Notes under the pieces: generated by a model
The model's input: only the letters and a program-made list of their open reading frames with translations
Database searches by the model: none
Told to the model about the DNA's origin: nothing
Position numbers and translations under genes: made by a program
In this document: piece after piece, positions 1 through 13,334 of the stretch
How the letters are laid out: the number at the start of each line of letters is the position of its first letter
How positions within the stretch are numbered: position 1 is the first letter of the stretch
Origin: Nemertoderma westbladi
Taxonomy: Eukaryota > Animalia > Xenacoelomorpha
NCBI GenBank assembly: GCA_032718475.1
Contig: JAUCBJ010007329.1
Coordinates: 1-64,000, forward strand
Direction of reading: 5' to 3'
DNA length: 64,000 nt

Positions 1-3000
1 CAGGTACGGCCCGCCCCCCCCCTACTCCACTCTGCTCGCTTCCTCTCCAGTCCGATTTTCGCGTTTTTAGAATATTCGGTGACGGTTCTATTTAAACACT
101 ATTCTGCGAACACTGTAGATATTTCTTTACTATATTTTAATATTTTACATTTATTTATCAAATAAATTAAATTCACTTTGCTAAATTAAGACGTACACAA
201 CCAATTGCTATTTTCAGTTAATTAACAGCTTTAATTTCTTTGCATTGCAGTTATTATTTTTTGCTGATTATCACATCAGAAATGTCTGAAATGCAGGTTA
301 AAGTAACCAATATTAACTAACGCACGTAGGCCTCGCCTCATTGAGATATGACAATAGCTACAGCTCACTATAGATGGCCCTATAAAAGCATGGGAATCGT
401 TCGCATCTTATTGGATAAATAAGTTGGAATCTGGGGGGGCGGGGGGGGGGGGGGTAGAGAATTGAATTATTATTAGTAAAAAATTTAAATTATTGCCTAA
501 CATAATTTTTAGGTAATGTAATGTTAAAGTTTTATAATAAACAGACGTTTTTTAAGATATTCTGATAGTTCTGGAATTTTAATTTACGCTTTCTTACTGC
601 ACTGGTACTGTGTATCGTCGGTAACAAACCATACTCAACATCATTCTGTATTTAGCCTCTGTAAACTATAAAATAATCGTTGCATACACGTAAACGAATA
701 ACTAAACTATGGGGTACAAACAAATACAACCCGCGGGTGCTACAGCAATGGGCTTATGTAAGTTTGCACTATTATACGCTCTTTACATGATTCTAAATAT
801 TACGGTCTGTTATGGAGGAGTCACCTGTTATAACCTGTTAATAATTTTTTCGAAACATTTTTCCGTATCCTGGGCTTGAGCTGCGTCGATTGATATAACT
901 TTCATTGACGGACGAGCTATTACTTCGGAGGAGCTCACCTTATACATGATTACCATGATGGTTTAGCTCACAGTTAAAGCAATAAATGACTTCCAGAGTT
1001 AAATATTAATTCTAATAATTGATCTAACAATTGGAGTAACACATTATAAATGGGGCCATCGCACAGCACGAGTCGCGGTTAACCAGAGTAAGAGTGCACT
1101 AATAGTATTCTATAGAAAATTTCCCGCAATAAAGATACCGTAGTCGGAATTTCTTCATCAGTCTCAAAGTTTGGATAAATTTCCTGTTTTAAAGAATGAA
1201 ATGGACAGCAAAGTTGAGTCTGAATGGTCATATGCATGGCGCCTCCATCAATACTATATAAATTTAAATATAACTTCAGAATTAATATACTTCGCGATAC
1301 GCATTGGCCTTCACACAAACACTTAATATCGATAACCTTATATATACGCTGGCTTGGCTTAGTGATTTTCAATGGATATTCTAATATTGTGACTAAGCAA
1401 TATCAGCGTTAACAAATCGCAGTAAACCAAGTTTGGACAGCTGTTATTACTAGTAAATCTAATAAATAATATCAAGAATCAAGTTCAACAAATTTGAATT
1501 TTGAGCAAACATCGCAAATTTGGCGGTTGATTTTGTTGAAGTCTTTTAAGTAATAACTATTTACATACTTATGCGTGTAAAGTAGCACTTTACAGTGTGA
1601 TGATCCGAGTGGCTTTGTTAGATGAACGAACGTTAGTGAGTGAGTGAAAATAAAGCCACGAGGATCAGAACACTGTAAAGTACTTCGCAACAAGTATGTA
1701 TGTAGTTTTATTCCAAAATGTTAACTTTACGAAATGATTGTATATATTATTATAATTTATAGAAACTGCACAAATTAAATTAGTTGATGTATAAATAAAT
1801 GTAAAAATGACATAAATTATGTTATAAATAATTTAGCTTAATATTTATGGTGGCGTTTGGAGCCATGTTATAATAATATAGCTAGGCCCAACTGGTTATT
1901 AACAGCTATTCCCCGCCTACCGGTAGGTAATGCAGTATGCCTATCTGGCTGACATGCAAATTTCCACCTATTGTTTACGTGGTTACCAATGACGACGTTA
2001 AGTAATGTCCACTAAGGGGACATTACTTAACGGATAACACCAAATACAATACTAAATGTAGAGGCCAATACAATGCTGTAATGTCCTCTAAAGTTGTAAA
2101 GTGCTAAATAACAACTCGCTATTAATACTATTGGCGTTAATTAATGTTACAATATTGGAATAAAATATACTGTATTACACATTGATATGACATGTACAGG
2201 TTTTTTTACATCATTGGTATTTTATTATTTTATTAAAGTTGCGACTTTAAATATTTTAGCCGTGACTTTATAATCAAAGCTTTTTTTTAGATAGGACTAA
2301 ATTCTATAGAGTCGTCAACAATATTGGTAATGTTTATTTTCAATAAATTTCCCCCAATAATAATTATACGAAGAAGAGGTGCTAACATTAGTAGGCCTAT
2401 TCATATATTAAACGTCTTATGTCTTTGCAACTACTGTAGTTCATGGATTTCTTAAAAGCATTCAATATGGCACATAATCACAATCATTAATTAGTTTATT
2501 ATCATAATTATAAATTATTCTAAACCCTTAATCCTTGCAATAAAGTTTCCTTTTCCAGAAAATAGAGAGGTCATTCTGTATTTCAAATTTCGTGCAATCT
2601 CAAATTTCATTTTGTACATATACTGCTATAACGTAAATGTATTTTGCTACAAGCATTTTAAAAATTTGTCACCAATTTCTTTCCCATTATTGCACACTGC
2701 TGCTATTCTTGGTCTTTTCGAGGTCAAAACTTTAAACCTCTGTAAATACATACATAAAACCAATAAGCCATGTCCCGGAATGCAGTGTATGTAATTAAAT
2801 GACAGGCTATTGCCCGATAACTTTACAGAAGTAAAAGTGTGTGAGTCTGTTCTCCCAGATATTCCCAATGGCAATATCTCCTTTGTAGAAGTGAAGACTG
2901 CTGCAAATGTTCTAAGCATGTCACTAGAACATCATAATGTTGATGGGGGTGATTCTACCACCCATGCACTTCCCTCTATAACTGAACAGTGATTCGATCC

Positions 3001-6000
3001 ACGATTCACTCACGATAACCGGAAGTTTAAAGCCTAGGTACCGGGTTCGAGCCCCAATACTTGTTGATATTTTTCGTTATGTAGAGCATTATCATGACAT
3101 AATATATATTTATTTCGTCGTATTATATTAAAATTTTTAATAATAATAATAATAATAATGCATTCGCGCTCAGTCCTCAGTAGTAACAAAACATTTGATA
3201 CTTGGGTTGCTTGGCGCGGCAGTGGTGTGTGTGGTGTGGGTTGCCAGGGTTATGTTTTACAATAACGAAAAAAAAATGAAGAGAGCTGCTGAGCTGAAGA
3301 TTTAAGAAGACGGTTGAACCGAGCCCGAATTTCACGTCAGGCAAACGAGACTTACCGCTGCGCCGGTACTTCACTTTCCGTTCACTAGTACCCAAGGTAT
3401 TGTCCGTGGTAATTTCCTGCACATTTAAGGCCCGGGTTCTTACCTTGAATCAATCCTCGCGCCCACGCGCTCCGGCCCTTCGCGATTTCAGGTACGGCCC
3501 GCCCCCCCCCTACTCCACTCTGCTCGCTTCCTCTCCAGTCCGATTTTCGCGTTTTTAGAATATTCGGTGACGGTTCTATTTAAACACTATTCTGCGAACA
3601 CTGTAGATATTTCTTTACTATATTTTAATATTTTACATTTATTTATCAAATAAATTAAATTCACTTTGCTAAATTAAGACGTACACAACCAATTGCTATT
3701 TTCAGTTAATTAACAGCTTTAATTTCTTTGCATTGCAGTTATTATTTTTTGCTGATTATCACATCAGAAATGTCTGAAATGCAGGTTAAAGTAACCAATA
3801 TTAACTAACGCACGTAGGCCTCGCCTCATTGAGATATGACAATAGCTACAGCTCACTATAGATGGCCCTATAAAAGCATGGGAATCGTTCGCATCTTATT
3901 GGATAAATAAGTTGGAATCTGGGGGGGCGGGGGGGGGGGGGTAGAGAATTGAATTATTATTAGTAAAAAATTTAAATTATTGCCTAACATAATTTTTAGG
4001 TAATGTAATGTTAAAGTTTTATAATAAACAGACGTTTTTTAAGATATTCTGATAGTTCTGGAATTTTAATTTACGCTTTCTTACTGCACTGGTACTGTGT
4101 ATCGTCGGTAACAAACCATACTCAACATCATTCTGTATTTAGCCTCTGTAAACTATAAAATAATCGTTGCATACACGTAAACGAATAACTAAACTATGGG
4201 GTACAAACAAATACAACCCGCGGGTGCTACAGCAATGGGCTTATGTAAGTTTGCACTATTATACGCTCTTTACATGATTCTAAATATTACGGTCTGTTAT
4301 GGAGGAGTCACCTGTTATAACCTGTTAATAATTTTTTCGAAACATTTTTCCGTATCCTGGGCTTGAGCTGCGTCGATTGATATAACTTTCATTGACGGAC
4401 GAGCTATTACTTCGGAGGAGCTCACCTTATACATGATTACCATGATGGTTTAGCTCACAGTTAAAGCAATAAATGACTTCCAGAGTTAAATATTAATTCT
4501 AATAATTGATCTAACAATTGGAGTAACACATTATAAATGGGGCCATCGCACAGCACGAGTCGCGGTTAACCAGAGTAAGAGTGCACTAATAGTATTCTAT
4601 AGAAAATTTCCCGCAATAAAGATACCGTAGTCGGAATTTCTTCATCAGTCTCAAAGTTTGGATAAATTTCCTGTTTTAAAGAATGAAATGGACAGCAAAG
4701 TTGAGTCTGAATGGTCATATGCATGGCGCCTCCATCAATACTATATAAATTTAAATATAACTTCAGAATTAATATACTTCGCGATACGCATTGGCCTACA
4801 CACAAACACTTAATATCGATAACCTTATATATACGCTGGCTTGGCTTAGTGATTTTCAATGGATATTCTAATATTGTGACTAAGCAATATCAGCGTTAAC
4901 AAATCGCAGTAAACCGTTTATTTTCAATAAATTTCCCCCAATAATAATTATACGAAGAAGAGGTGCTAACATTAGTAGGCCTATTCATATATTAAACGTC
5001 TTATGTCTTTGCAACTACTGTAGTTCATGGATTTCTTAAAAGCATTCAATATGGCACATAATCACAATCATTAATTAGTTTATTATCATAATTATAAATT
5101 ATTCTAAACCCTTAATCCTTGCAATAAAGTTTCCTTTTCCAGAAAATAGAGAGGTCATTCTGTATTTCAAATTTCGTGCAATCTCAAATTTCATTTTGTA
5201 CATATACTGCTATAACGTAAATGTATTTTGCTACAAGCATTTTAAAAATTTGTCACCAATTTCTTTCCCATTATTGCACACTGCTGCTATTCTTGGTCTT
5301 TTCGAGGTCAAAACTTTAAACCTCTGTAAATACATACATAAAACCAATAAGCCATGTCCCGGAATGCAGTGTATGTAATTAAATGACAGGCTATTGCCCG
5401 ATAACTTTACAGAAGTAAAAGTGTGTGAGTCTGTTCTCCCAGATATTCCCAATGGCAATATCTCCTTTGTAGAAGTGAAGACTGCTGCAAATGTTCTAAG
5501 CATGTCACTAGAACATCATAATGTTGATGGGGGTGATTCTACCACCCATGCACTTCCCTCTATAACTGAACAGTGATTCGATCCACGATTCACTCACGAT
5601 AACCGGAAGTTTAAAGCCTAGGTACCGGGTTCGAGCCCCAATACTTGTTGATATTTTTCGTTATGTAGAGCATTATCATGACATAATATATATTTATTTC
5701 GTCGTATTATATTAAAATTTTTAATAATAATAATAATAATAATGCATTCGCGCTCAGTCCTCAGTAGTAACAAAACATTTGATACTTGGGTTGCTTGGCG
5801 CGGCAGTGGTGTGTGTGGTGTGGGTTGCCAGGGTTATGTTTTACAATAACGAAAAAAAAATGAAGAGAGCTGCTGAGCTGAAGATTTAAGAAGACGGTTG
5901 AACCGAGCCCGAATTTCACGTCAGGCAAACGAGACTTACCGCTGCGCCGGTACTTCACTTTCCGTTCACTAGTACCCAAGGTATTGTCCGTGGTAATTTC

Positions 6001-9000
6001 CTGCACATTTAAGGCCCGGGTTCTTACCTTGAATCAATCCTCGCGCCCACGCGCTCCGGCCCTTCGCGATTTCAGGTACGGCCCGCCCCCCCCCCTACTC
6101 CACTCTGCTCGCTTCCTCTCCAGTCCGATTTTCGCGTTTTTAGAATATTCGGTGACGGTTCTATTTAAACACTATTCTGCGAACACTGTAGATATTTCTT
6201 TACTATATTTTAATATTTTACATTTATTTATCAAATAAATTAAATTCACTTTGCTAAATTAAGACGTACACAACCAATTGCTATTTTCAGTTAATTAACA
6301 GCTTTAATTTCTTTGCATTGCAGTTATTATTTTTTGCTGATTATCACATCAGAAATGTCTGAAATGCAGGTTAAAGTAACCAATATTAACTAACGCACGT
6401 AGGCCTCGCCTCATTGAGATATGACAATAGCTACAGCTCACTATAGATGGCCCTATAAAAGCATGGGAATCGTTCGCATCTTATTGGATAAATAAGTTGG
6501 AATCTGGGGGGGCGGGGGGGGGGGGGGTAGAGAATTGAATTATTATTAGTAAAAAATTTAAATTATTGCCTAACATAATTTTTAGGTAATGTAATGTTAA
6601 AGTTTTATAATAAACAGACGTTTTTTAAGATATTCTGATAGTTCTGGAATTTTAATTTACGCTTTCTTACTGCACTGGTACTGTGTATCGTCGGTAACAA
6701 ACCATACTCAACATCATTCTGTATTTAGCCTCTGTAAACTATAAAATAATCGTTGCATACACGTAAACGAATAACTAAACTATGGGGTACAAACAAATAC
6801 AACCCGCGGGTGCTACAGCAATGGGCTTATGTAAGTTTGCACTATTATACGCTCTTTACATGATTCTAAATATTACGGTCTGTTATGGAGGAGTCACCTG
6901 TTATAACCTGTTAATAATTTTTTCGAAACATTTTTCCGTATCCTGGGCTTGAGCTGCGTCGATTGATATAACTTTCATTGACGGACGAGCTATTACTTCG
7001 GAGGAGCTCACCTTATACATGATTACCATGATGGTTTAGCTCACAGTTAAAGCAATAAATGACTTCCAGAGTTAAATATTAATTCTAATAATTGATCTAA
7101 CAATTGGAGTAACACATTATAAATGGGGCCATCGCACAGCACGAGTCGCGGTTAACCAGAGTAAGAGTGCACTAATAGTATTCTATAGAAAATTTCCCGC
7201 AATAAAGATACCGTAGTCGGAATTTCTTCATCAGTCTCAAAGTTTGGATAAATTTCCTGTTTTAAAGAATGAAATGGACAGCAAAGTTGAGTCTGAATGG
7301 TCATATGCATGGCGCCTCCATCAATACTATATAAATTTAAATATAACTTCAGAATTAATATACTTCGCGATACGCATTGGCCTTCACACAAACACTTAAT
7401 ATCGATAACCTTATATATACGCTGGCTTGGCTTAGTGATTTTCAATGGATATTCTAATATTGTGACTAAGCAATATCAGCGTTAACAAATCGCAGTAAAC
7501 CAAGTTTGGACAGCTGTTATTACTAGTAAATCTAATAAATAATATCAAGAATCAAGTTCAACAAATTTGAATTTTGAGCAAACATCGCAAATTTGGCGGT
7601 TGATTTTGTTGAAGTCTTTTAAGTAATAACTATTTACATACTTATGCGTGTAAAGTAGCACTTTACAGTGTGATGATCCGAGTGGCTTTGTTAGATGAAC
7701 GAACGTTAGTGAGTGAGTGAAAATAAAGCCACGAGGATCAGAACACTGTAAAGTACTTCGCAACAAGTATGTATGTAGTTTTATTCCAAAATGTTAACTT
7801 TACGAAATGATTGTATATATTATTATAATTTATAGAAACTGCACAAATTAAATTAGTTGATGTATAAATAAATGTAAAAATGACATAAATTATGTTATAA
7901 ATAATTTAGCTTAATATTTATGGTGGCGTTTGGAGCCATGTTATAATAATATAGCTAGGCCCAACTGGTTATTAACAGCTATTCCCCGCCTACCGGTAGG
8001 TAATGCAGTATGCCTATCTGGCTGACATGCAAATTTCCACCTATTGTTTACGTGGTTACCAATGACGACGTTAAGTAATGTCCACTAAGGGGACATTACT
8101 TAACGGATAACACCAAATACAATACTAAATGTAGAGGCCAATACAATGCTGTAATGTCCTCTAAAGTTGTAAAGTGCTAAATAACAACTCGCTATTAATA
8201 CTATTGGCGTTAATTAATGTTACAATATTGGAATAAAATATACTGTATTACACATTGATATGACATGTACAGGTTTTTTTACATCATTGGTATTTTATTA
8301 TTTTATTAAACATTATTTTAAAGAATGAAATGGACAGCAAAGTTGAGTCTGAATGGTCATATGCATGGCGCCTCCATCAATACTATATAAATTTAAATAT
8401 AACTTCAGAATTAATATACTTCGCGATACGCATTGGCCTACACACAAACACTTAATATCGATAACCTTATATATACGCTGGCTTGGCTTAGTGATTTTCA
8501 ATGGATATTCTAATATTGTGACTAAGCAATATCAGCGTTAACAAATCGCAGTAAACCGTTTATTTTCAATAAATTTCCCCCAATAATAATTATACGAAGA
8601 AGAGGTGCTAACATTAGTAGGCCTATTCATATATTAAACGTCTTATGTCTTTGCAACTACTGTAGTTCATGGATTTCTTAAAAGCATTCAATATGGCACA
8701 TAATCACAATCATTAATTAGTTTATTATCATAATTATAAATTATTCTAAACCCTTAATCCTTGCAATAAAGTTTCCTTTTCCAGAAAATAGAGAGGTCAT
8801 TCTGTATTTCAAATTTCGTGCAATCTCAAATTTCATTTTGTACATATACTGCTATAACGTAAATGTATTTTGCTACAAGCATTTTAAAAATTTGTCACCA
8901 ATTTCTTTCCCATTATTGCACACTGCTGCTATTCTTGGTCTTTTCGAGGTCAAAACTTTAAACCTCTGTAAATACATACATAAAACCAATAAGCCATGTC

Positions 9001-12000
9001 CCGGAATGCAGTGTATGTAATTAAATGACAGGCTATTGCCCGATAACTTTACAGAAGTAAAAGTGTGTGAGTCTGTTCTCCCAGATATTCCCAATGGCAA
9101 TATCTCCTTTGTAGAAGTGAAGACTGCTGCAAATGTTCTAAGCATGTCACTAGAACATCATAATGTTGATGGGGGTGATTCTACCACCCATGCACTTCCC
9201 TCTATAACTGAACAGTGATTCGATCCACGATTCACTCACGATAACCGGAAGTTTAAAGCCTAGGTACCGGGTTCGAGCCCCAATACTTGTTGATATTTTT
9301 CGTTATGTAGAGCATTATCATGACATAATATATATTTATTTCGTCGTATTATATTAAAATTTTTAATAATAATAATAATAATAATGCATTCGCGCTCAGT
9401 CCTCAGTAGTAACAAAACATTTGATACTTGGGTTGCTTGGCGCGGCAGTGGTGTGTGTGGTGTGGGTTGCCAGGGTTATGTTTTACAATAACGAAAAAAA
9501 AATGAAGAGAGCTGCTGAGCTGAAGATTTAAGAAGACGGTTGAACCGAGCCCGAATTTCACGTCAGGCAAACGAGACTTACCGCTGCGCCGGTACTTCAC
9601 TTTCCGTTCACTAGTACCCAAGGTATTGTCCGTGGTAATTTCCTGCACATTTAAGGCCCGGGTTCTTACCTTGAATCAATCCTCGCGCCCACGCGCTCCG
9701 GCCCTTCGCGATTTCAGGTACGGCCCGCCCCCCCCCTACTCCACTCTGCTCGCTTCCTCTCCAGTCCGATTTTCGCGTTTTTAGAATATTCGGTGACGGT
9801 TCTATTTAAACACTATTCTGCGAACACTGTAGATATTTCTTTACTATATTTTAATATTTTACATTTATTTATCAAATAAATTAAATTCACTTTGCTAAAT
9901 TAAGACGTACACAACCAATTGCTATTTTCAGTTAATTAACAGCTTTAATTTCTTTGCATTGCAGTTATTATTTTTTGCTGATTATCACATCAGAAATGTC
10001 TGAAATGCAGGTTAAAGTAACCAATATTAACTAACGCACGTAGGCCTCGCCTCATTGAGATATGACAATAGCTACAGCTCACTATAGATGGCCCTATAAA
10101 AGCATGGGAATCGTTCGCATCTTATTGGATAAATAAGTTGGAATCTGGGGGGGCGGGGGGGGGGGGTAGAGAATTGAATTATTATTAGTAAAAAATTTAA
10201 ATTATTGCCTAACATAATTTTTAGGTAATGTAATGTTAAAGTTTTATAATAAACAGACGTTTTTTAAGATATTCTGATAGTTCTGGAATTTTAATTTACG
10301 CTTTCTTACTGCACTGGTACTGTGTATCGTCGGTAACAAACCATACTCAACATCATTCTGTATTTAGCCTCTGTAAACTATAAAATAATCGTTGCATACA
10401 CGTAAACGAATAACTAAACTATGGGGTACAAACAAATACAACCCGCGGGTGCTACAGCAATGGGCTTATGTAAGTTTGCACTATTATACGCTCTTTACAT
10501 GATTCTAAATATTACGGTCTGTTATGGAGGAGTCACCTGTTATAACCTGTTAATAATTTTTTCGAAACATTTTTCCGTATCCTGGGCTTGAGCTGCGTCG
10601 ATTGATATAACTTTCATTGACGGACGAGCTATTACTTCGGAGGAGCTCACCTTATACATGATTACCATGATGGTTTAGCTCACAGTTAAAGCAATAAATG
10701 ACTTCCAGAGTTAAATATTAATTCTAATAATTGATCTAACAATTGGAGTAACACATTATAAATGGGGCCATCGCACAGCACGAGTCGCGGTTAACCAGAG
10801 TAAGAGTGCACTAATAGTATTCTATAGAAAATTTCCCGCAATAAAGATACCGTAGTCGGAATTTCTTCATCAGTCTCAAAGTTTGGATAAATTTCCTGTT
10901 TTAAAGAATGAAATGGACAGCAAAGTTGAGTCTGAATGGTCATATGCATGGCGCCTCCATCAATACTATATAAATTTAAATATAACTTCAGAATTAATAT
11001 ACTTCGCGATACGCATTGGCCTTCACACAAACACTTAATATCGATAACCTTATATATACGCTGGCTTGGCTTAGTGATTTTCAATGGATATTCTAATATT
11101 GTGACTAAGCAATATCAGCGTTAACAAATCGCAGTAAACCAAGTTTGGACAGCTGTTATTACTAGTAAATCTAATAAATAATATCAAGAATCAAGTTCAA
11201 CAAATTTGAATTTTGAGCAAACATCGCAAATTTGGCGGTTGATTTTGTTGAAGTCTTTTAAGTAATAACTATTTACATACTTATGCGTGTAAAGTAGCAC
11301 TTTACAGTGTGATGATCCGAGTGGCTTTGTTAGATGAACGAACGTTAGTGAGTGAGTGAAAATAAAGCCACGAGGATCAGAACACTGTAAAGTACTTCGC
11401 AACAAGTATGTATGTAGTTTTATTCCAAAATGTTAACTTTACGAAATGATTGTATATATTATTATAATTTATAGAAACTGCACAAATTAAATTAGTTGAT
11501 GTATAAATAAATGTAAAAATGACATAAATTATGTTATAAATAATTTAGCTTAATATTTATGCTGGCGTTTGGAGCCATGTTATAATAATATAGCTAGGCC
11601 CAACTGGTTATTAACAGCTATTCCCCGCCTACCGGTAGGTAATGCAGTATGCCTATCTGGCTGACATGCAAATTTCCACCTATTGTTTACGTGGTTACCA
11701 ATGACGACGTTAAGTAATGTCCACTAAGGGGACATTACTTAACGGATAACACCAAATACAATACTAAATGTAGAGGCCAATACAATGCTGTAATGTCCTC
11801 TAAAGTTGTAAAGTGCTAAATAACAACTCGCTATTAATACTATTGGCGTTAATTAATGTTACAATATTGGAATAAAATATACTGTATTACACATTGATAT
11901 GACATGTACAGGTTTTTTTACATCATTGGTATTTTATTATTTTATTAAAGTTGCGACTTTAAATATTTTAGCCGTGACTTTATAATCAAAGCTTTTTTTT

Positions 12001-12999
12001 TAGATAGGACTAAATTCTATAGAGTCGTCAACAATATTGGTAATGTTTATTTTCAATAAATTTCCCCCAATAATAATTATACGAAGAAGAGGTGCTAACA
12101 TTAGTAGGCCTATTCATATATTAAACGTCTTATGTCTTTGCAACTACTGTAGTTCATGGATTTCTTAAAAGCATTCAATATGGCACATAATCACAATCAT
12201 TAATTAGTTTATTATCATAATTATAAATTATTCTAAACCCTTAATCCTTGCAATAAAGTTTCCTTTTCCAGAAAATAGAGAGGTCATTCTGTATTTCAAA
12301 TTTCGTGCAATCTCAAATTTCATTTTGTACATATACTGCTATAACGTAAATGTATTTTGCTACAAGCATTTTAAAAATTTGTCACCAATTTCTTTCCCAT
12401 TATTGCACACTACTGCTATTCTTGGTCTTTTCGAGGTCAAAACTTTAAACCTCTGTAAATGCATACATAAAACCAATAAGCCATGTCCCGGAATGCAGTG
12501 TATGTAATTCAATGACAGGCTATTGCCCGATAACTTTAAAGAAGTAAAAGTGTGTGAGTCTGTTCTCCCAGATATTCCCAATGGCAATATCTCCTTTGTA
12601 GAAGTGAAGACTGCTGCAAATGTTCTAAGCATGTCACTAGATCATCATAATGTTGATGGGGGTGATTCTACCACCCATGCACTTCCCTCTATAACTGAAC
12701 AGTGATTCGATCCACGATTCACTCACGATAACCGGAAGTTTAAAGCCTAGGTACCGGGTTCGAGCCCCAATACTTGTTGATATTTTTCGTTATGTAGAGC
12801 ATTATCATGACATAATATATATTTATTTCGCCGTATTATATTAAAATTTTTAATAATAATAATAATAATAATGCATTCGCGCTCAGTCCTCAGTAGTAAC
12901 AAAACATTTGATACTTGGGTTGCTTGGCGCGGCAGTGGTGTGTGTGGTGTGGGTTGCCAGGGTTATGTTTTACAATAACGAAAAAAAAATGAAGAGAGC
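1..12999. repeat. Tandem array of a ~3487-bp unit (partial copy A 1-3286, B 3287-5870, C 5871-9512, D 9513-12999)
   Basis: The same sequence and short ORFs recur (e.g. ORFs at 1079/4566/7152/10791). The junction GAAGAGAGC|TGCTGAGC is at 3286, 5870 and 9512, and the last copy departs at 12999. The array continues beyond the left edge of the window. Confidence 0.95.
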
Positions 13000-13166
13000 G
13001 AAAATCGGAATCGTCGAAAATTACAGATAACAGACGCAAAAATATGAACCTGAAACTGTTGACTCTGTTTCATTGTTTTGGACGGAATATACTGTTAATT
13101 TATTTAACGCAGTCCATATAGTTGATAACTATGGTAATGTGTTTATATTTAGTATAATTCCTCAAT

Positions 13167-13320
13167 TAACTATTTACATACTTGTGTGTAAAGTAGCACT
13201 TTACAGTGTGATGATCCGAGTGGCTTTGTTACACGAAAGAACCAACGTTAGTGAGTGAGTGAAAATAAAGCCACGAGGATCAGAACACTGTAAAGTACTT
13301 TGTAACAAGTATGTATGTAT
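13167..13320 (+). mobile_element. Palindromic non-autonomous element of the TAACTATTTAC family (copies also at 1554, 7627, 11266, 18377, ~51385, 63397)
   Basis: Starts TAACTATTTACATAC. Arms CTTTACAGTGT..GATCC..GTGGCTTT / AAAGCCAC..GGATC..ACACTGTAAAG enclose an AACGTTAGTGAGTGAG loop. Near-identical dispersed copies occur elsewhere in the window. Confidence 0.75.
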
Positions 13321-13334
13321 GTATGTAACTACAA

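Noticed and set aside
3348-3362. ACTTACC resembling the U1 snRNA 5' end
   Set aside because: No U1 stem-loops or Sm site follow; it is the reverse complement of a splice-donor-like motif.
1079-12705. Recurrent 60-97 aa ORFs in the array
   Set aside because: No recognisable domain. They recur only because the DNA is duplicated, and several start at non-ATG codons.
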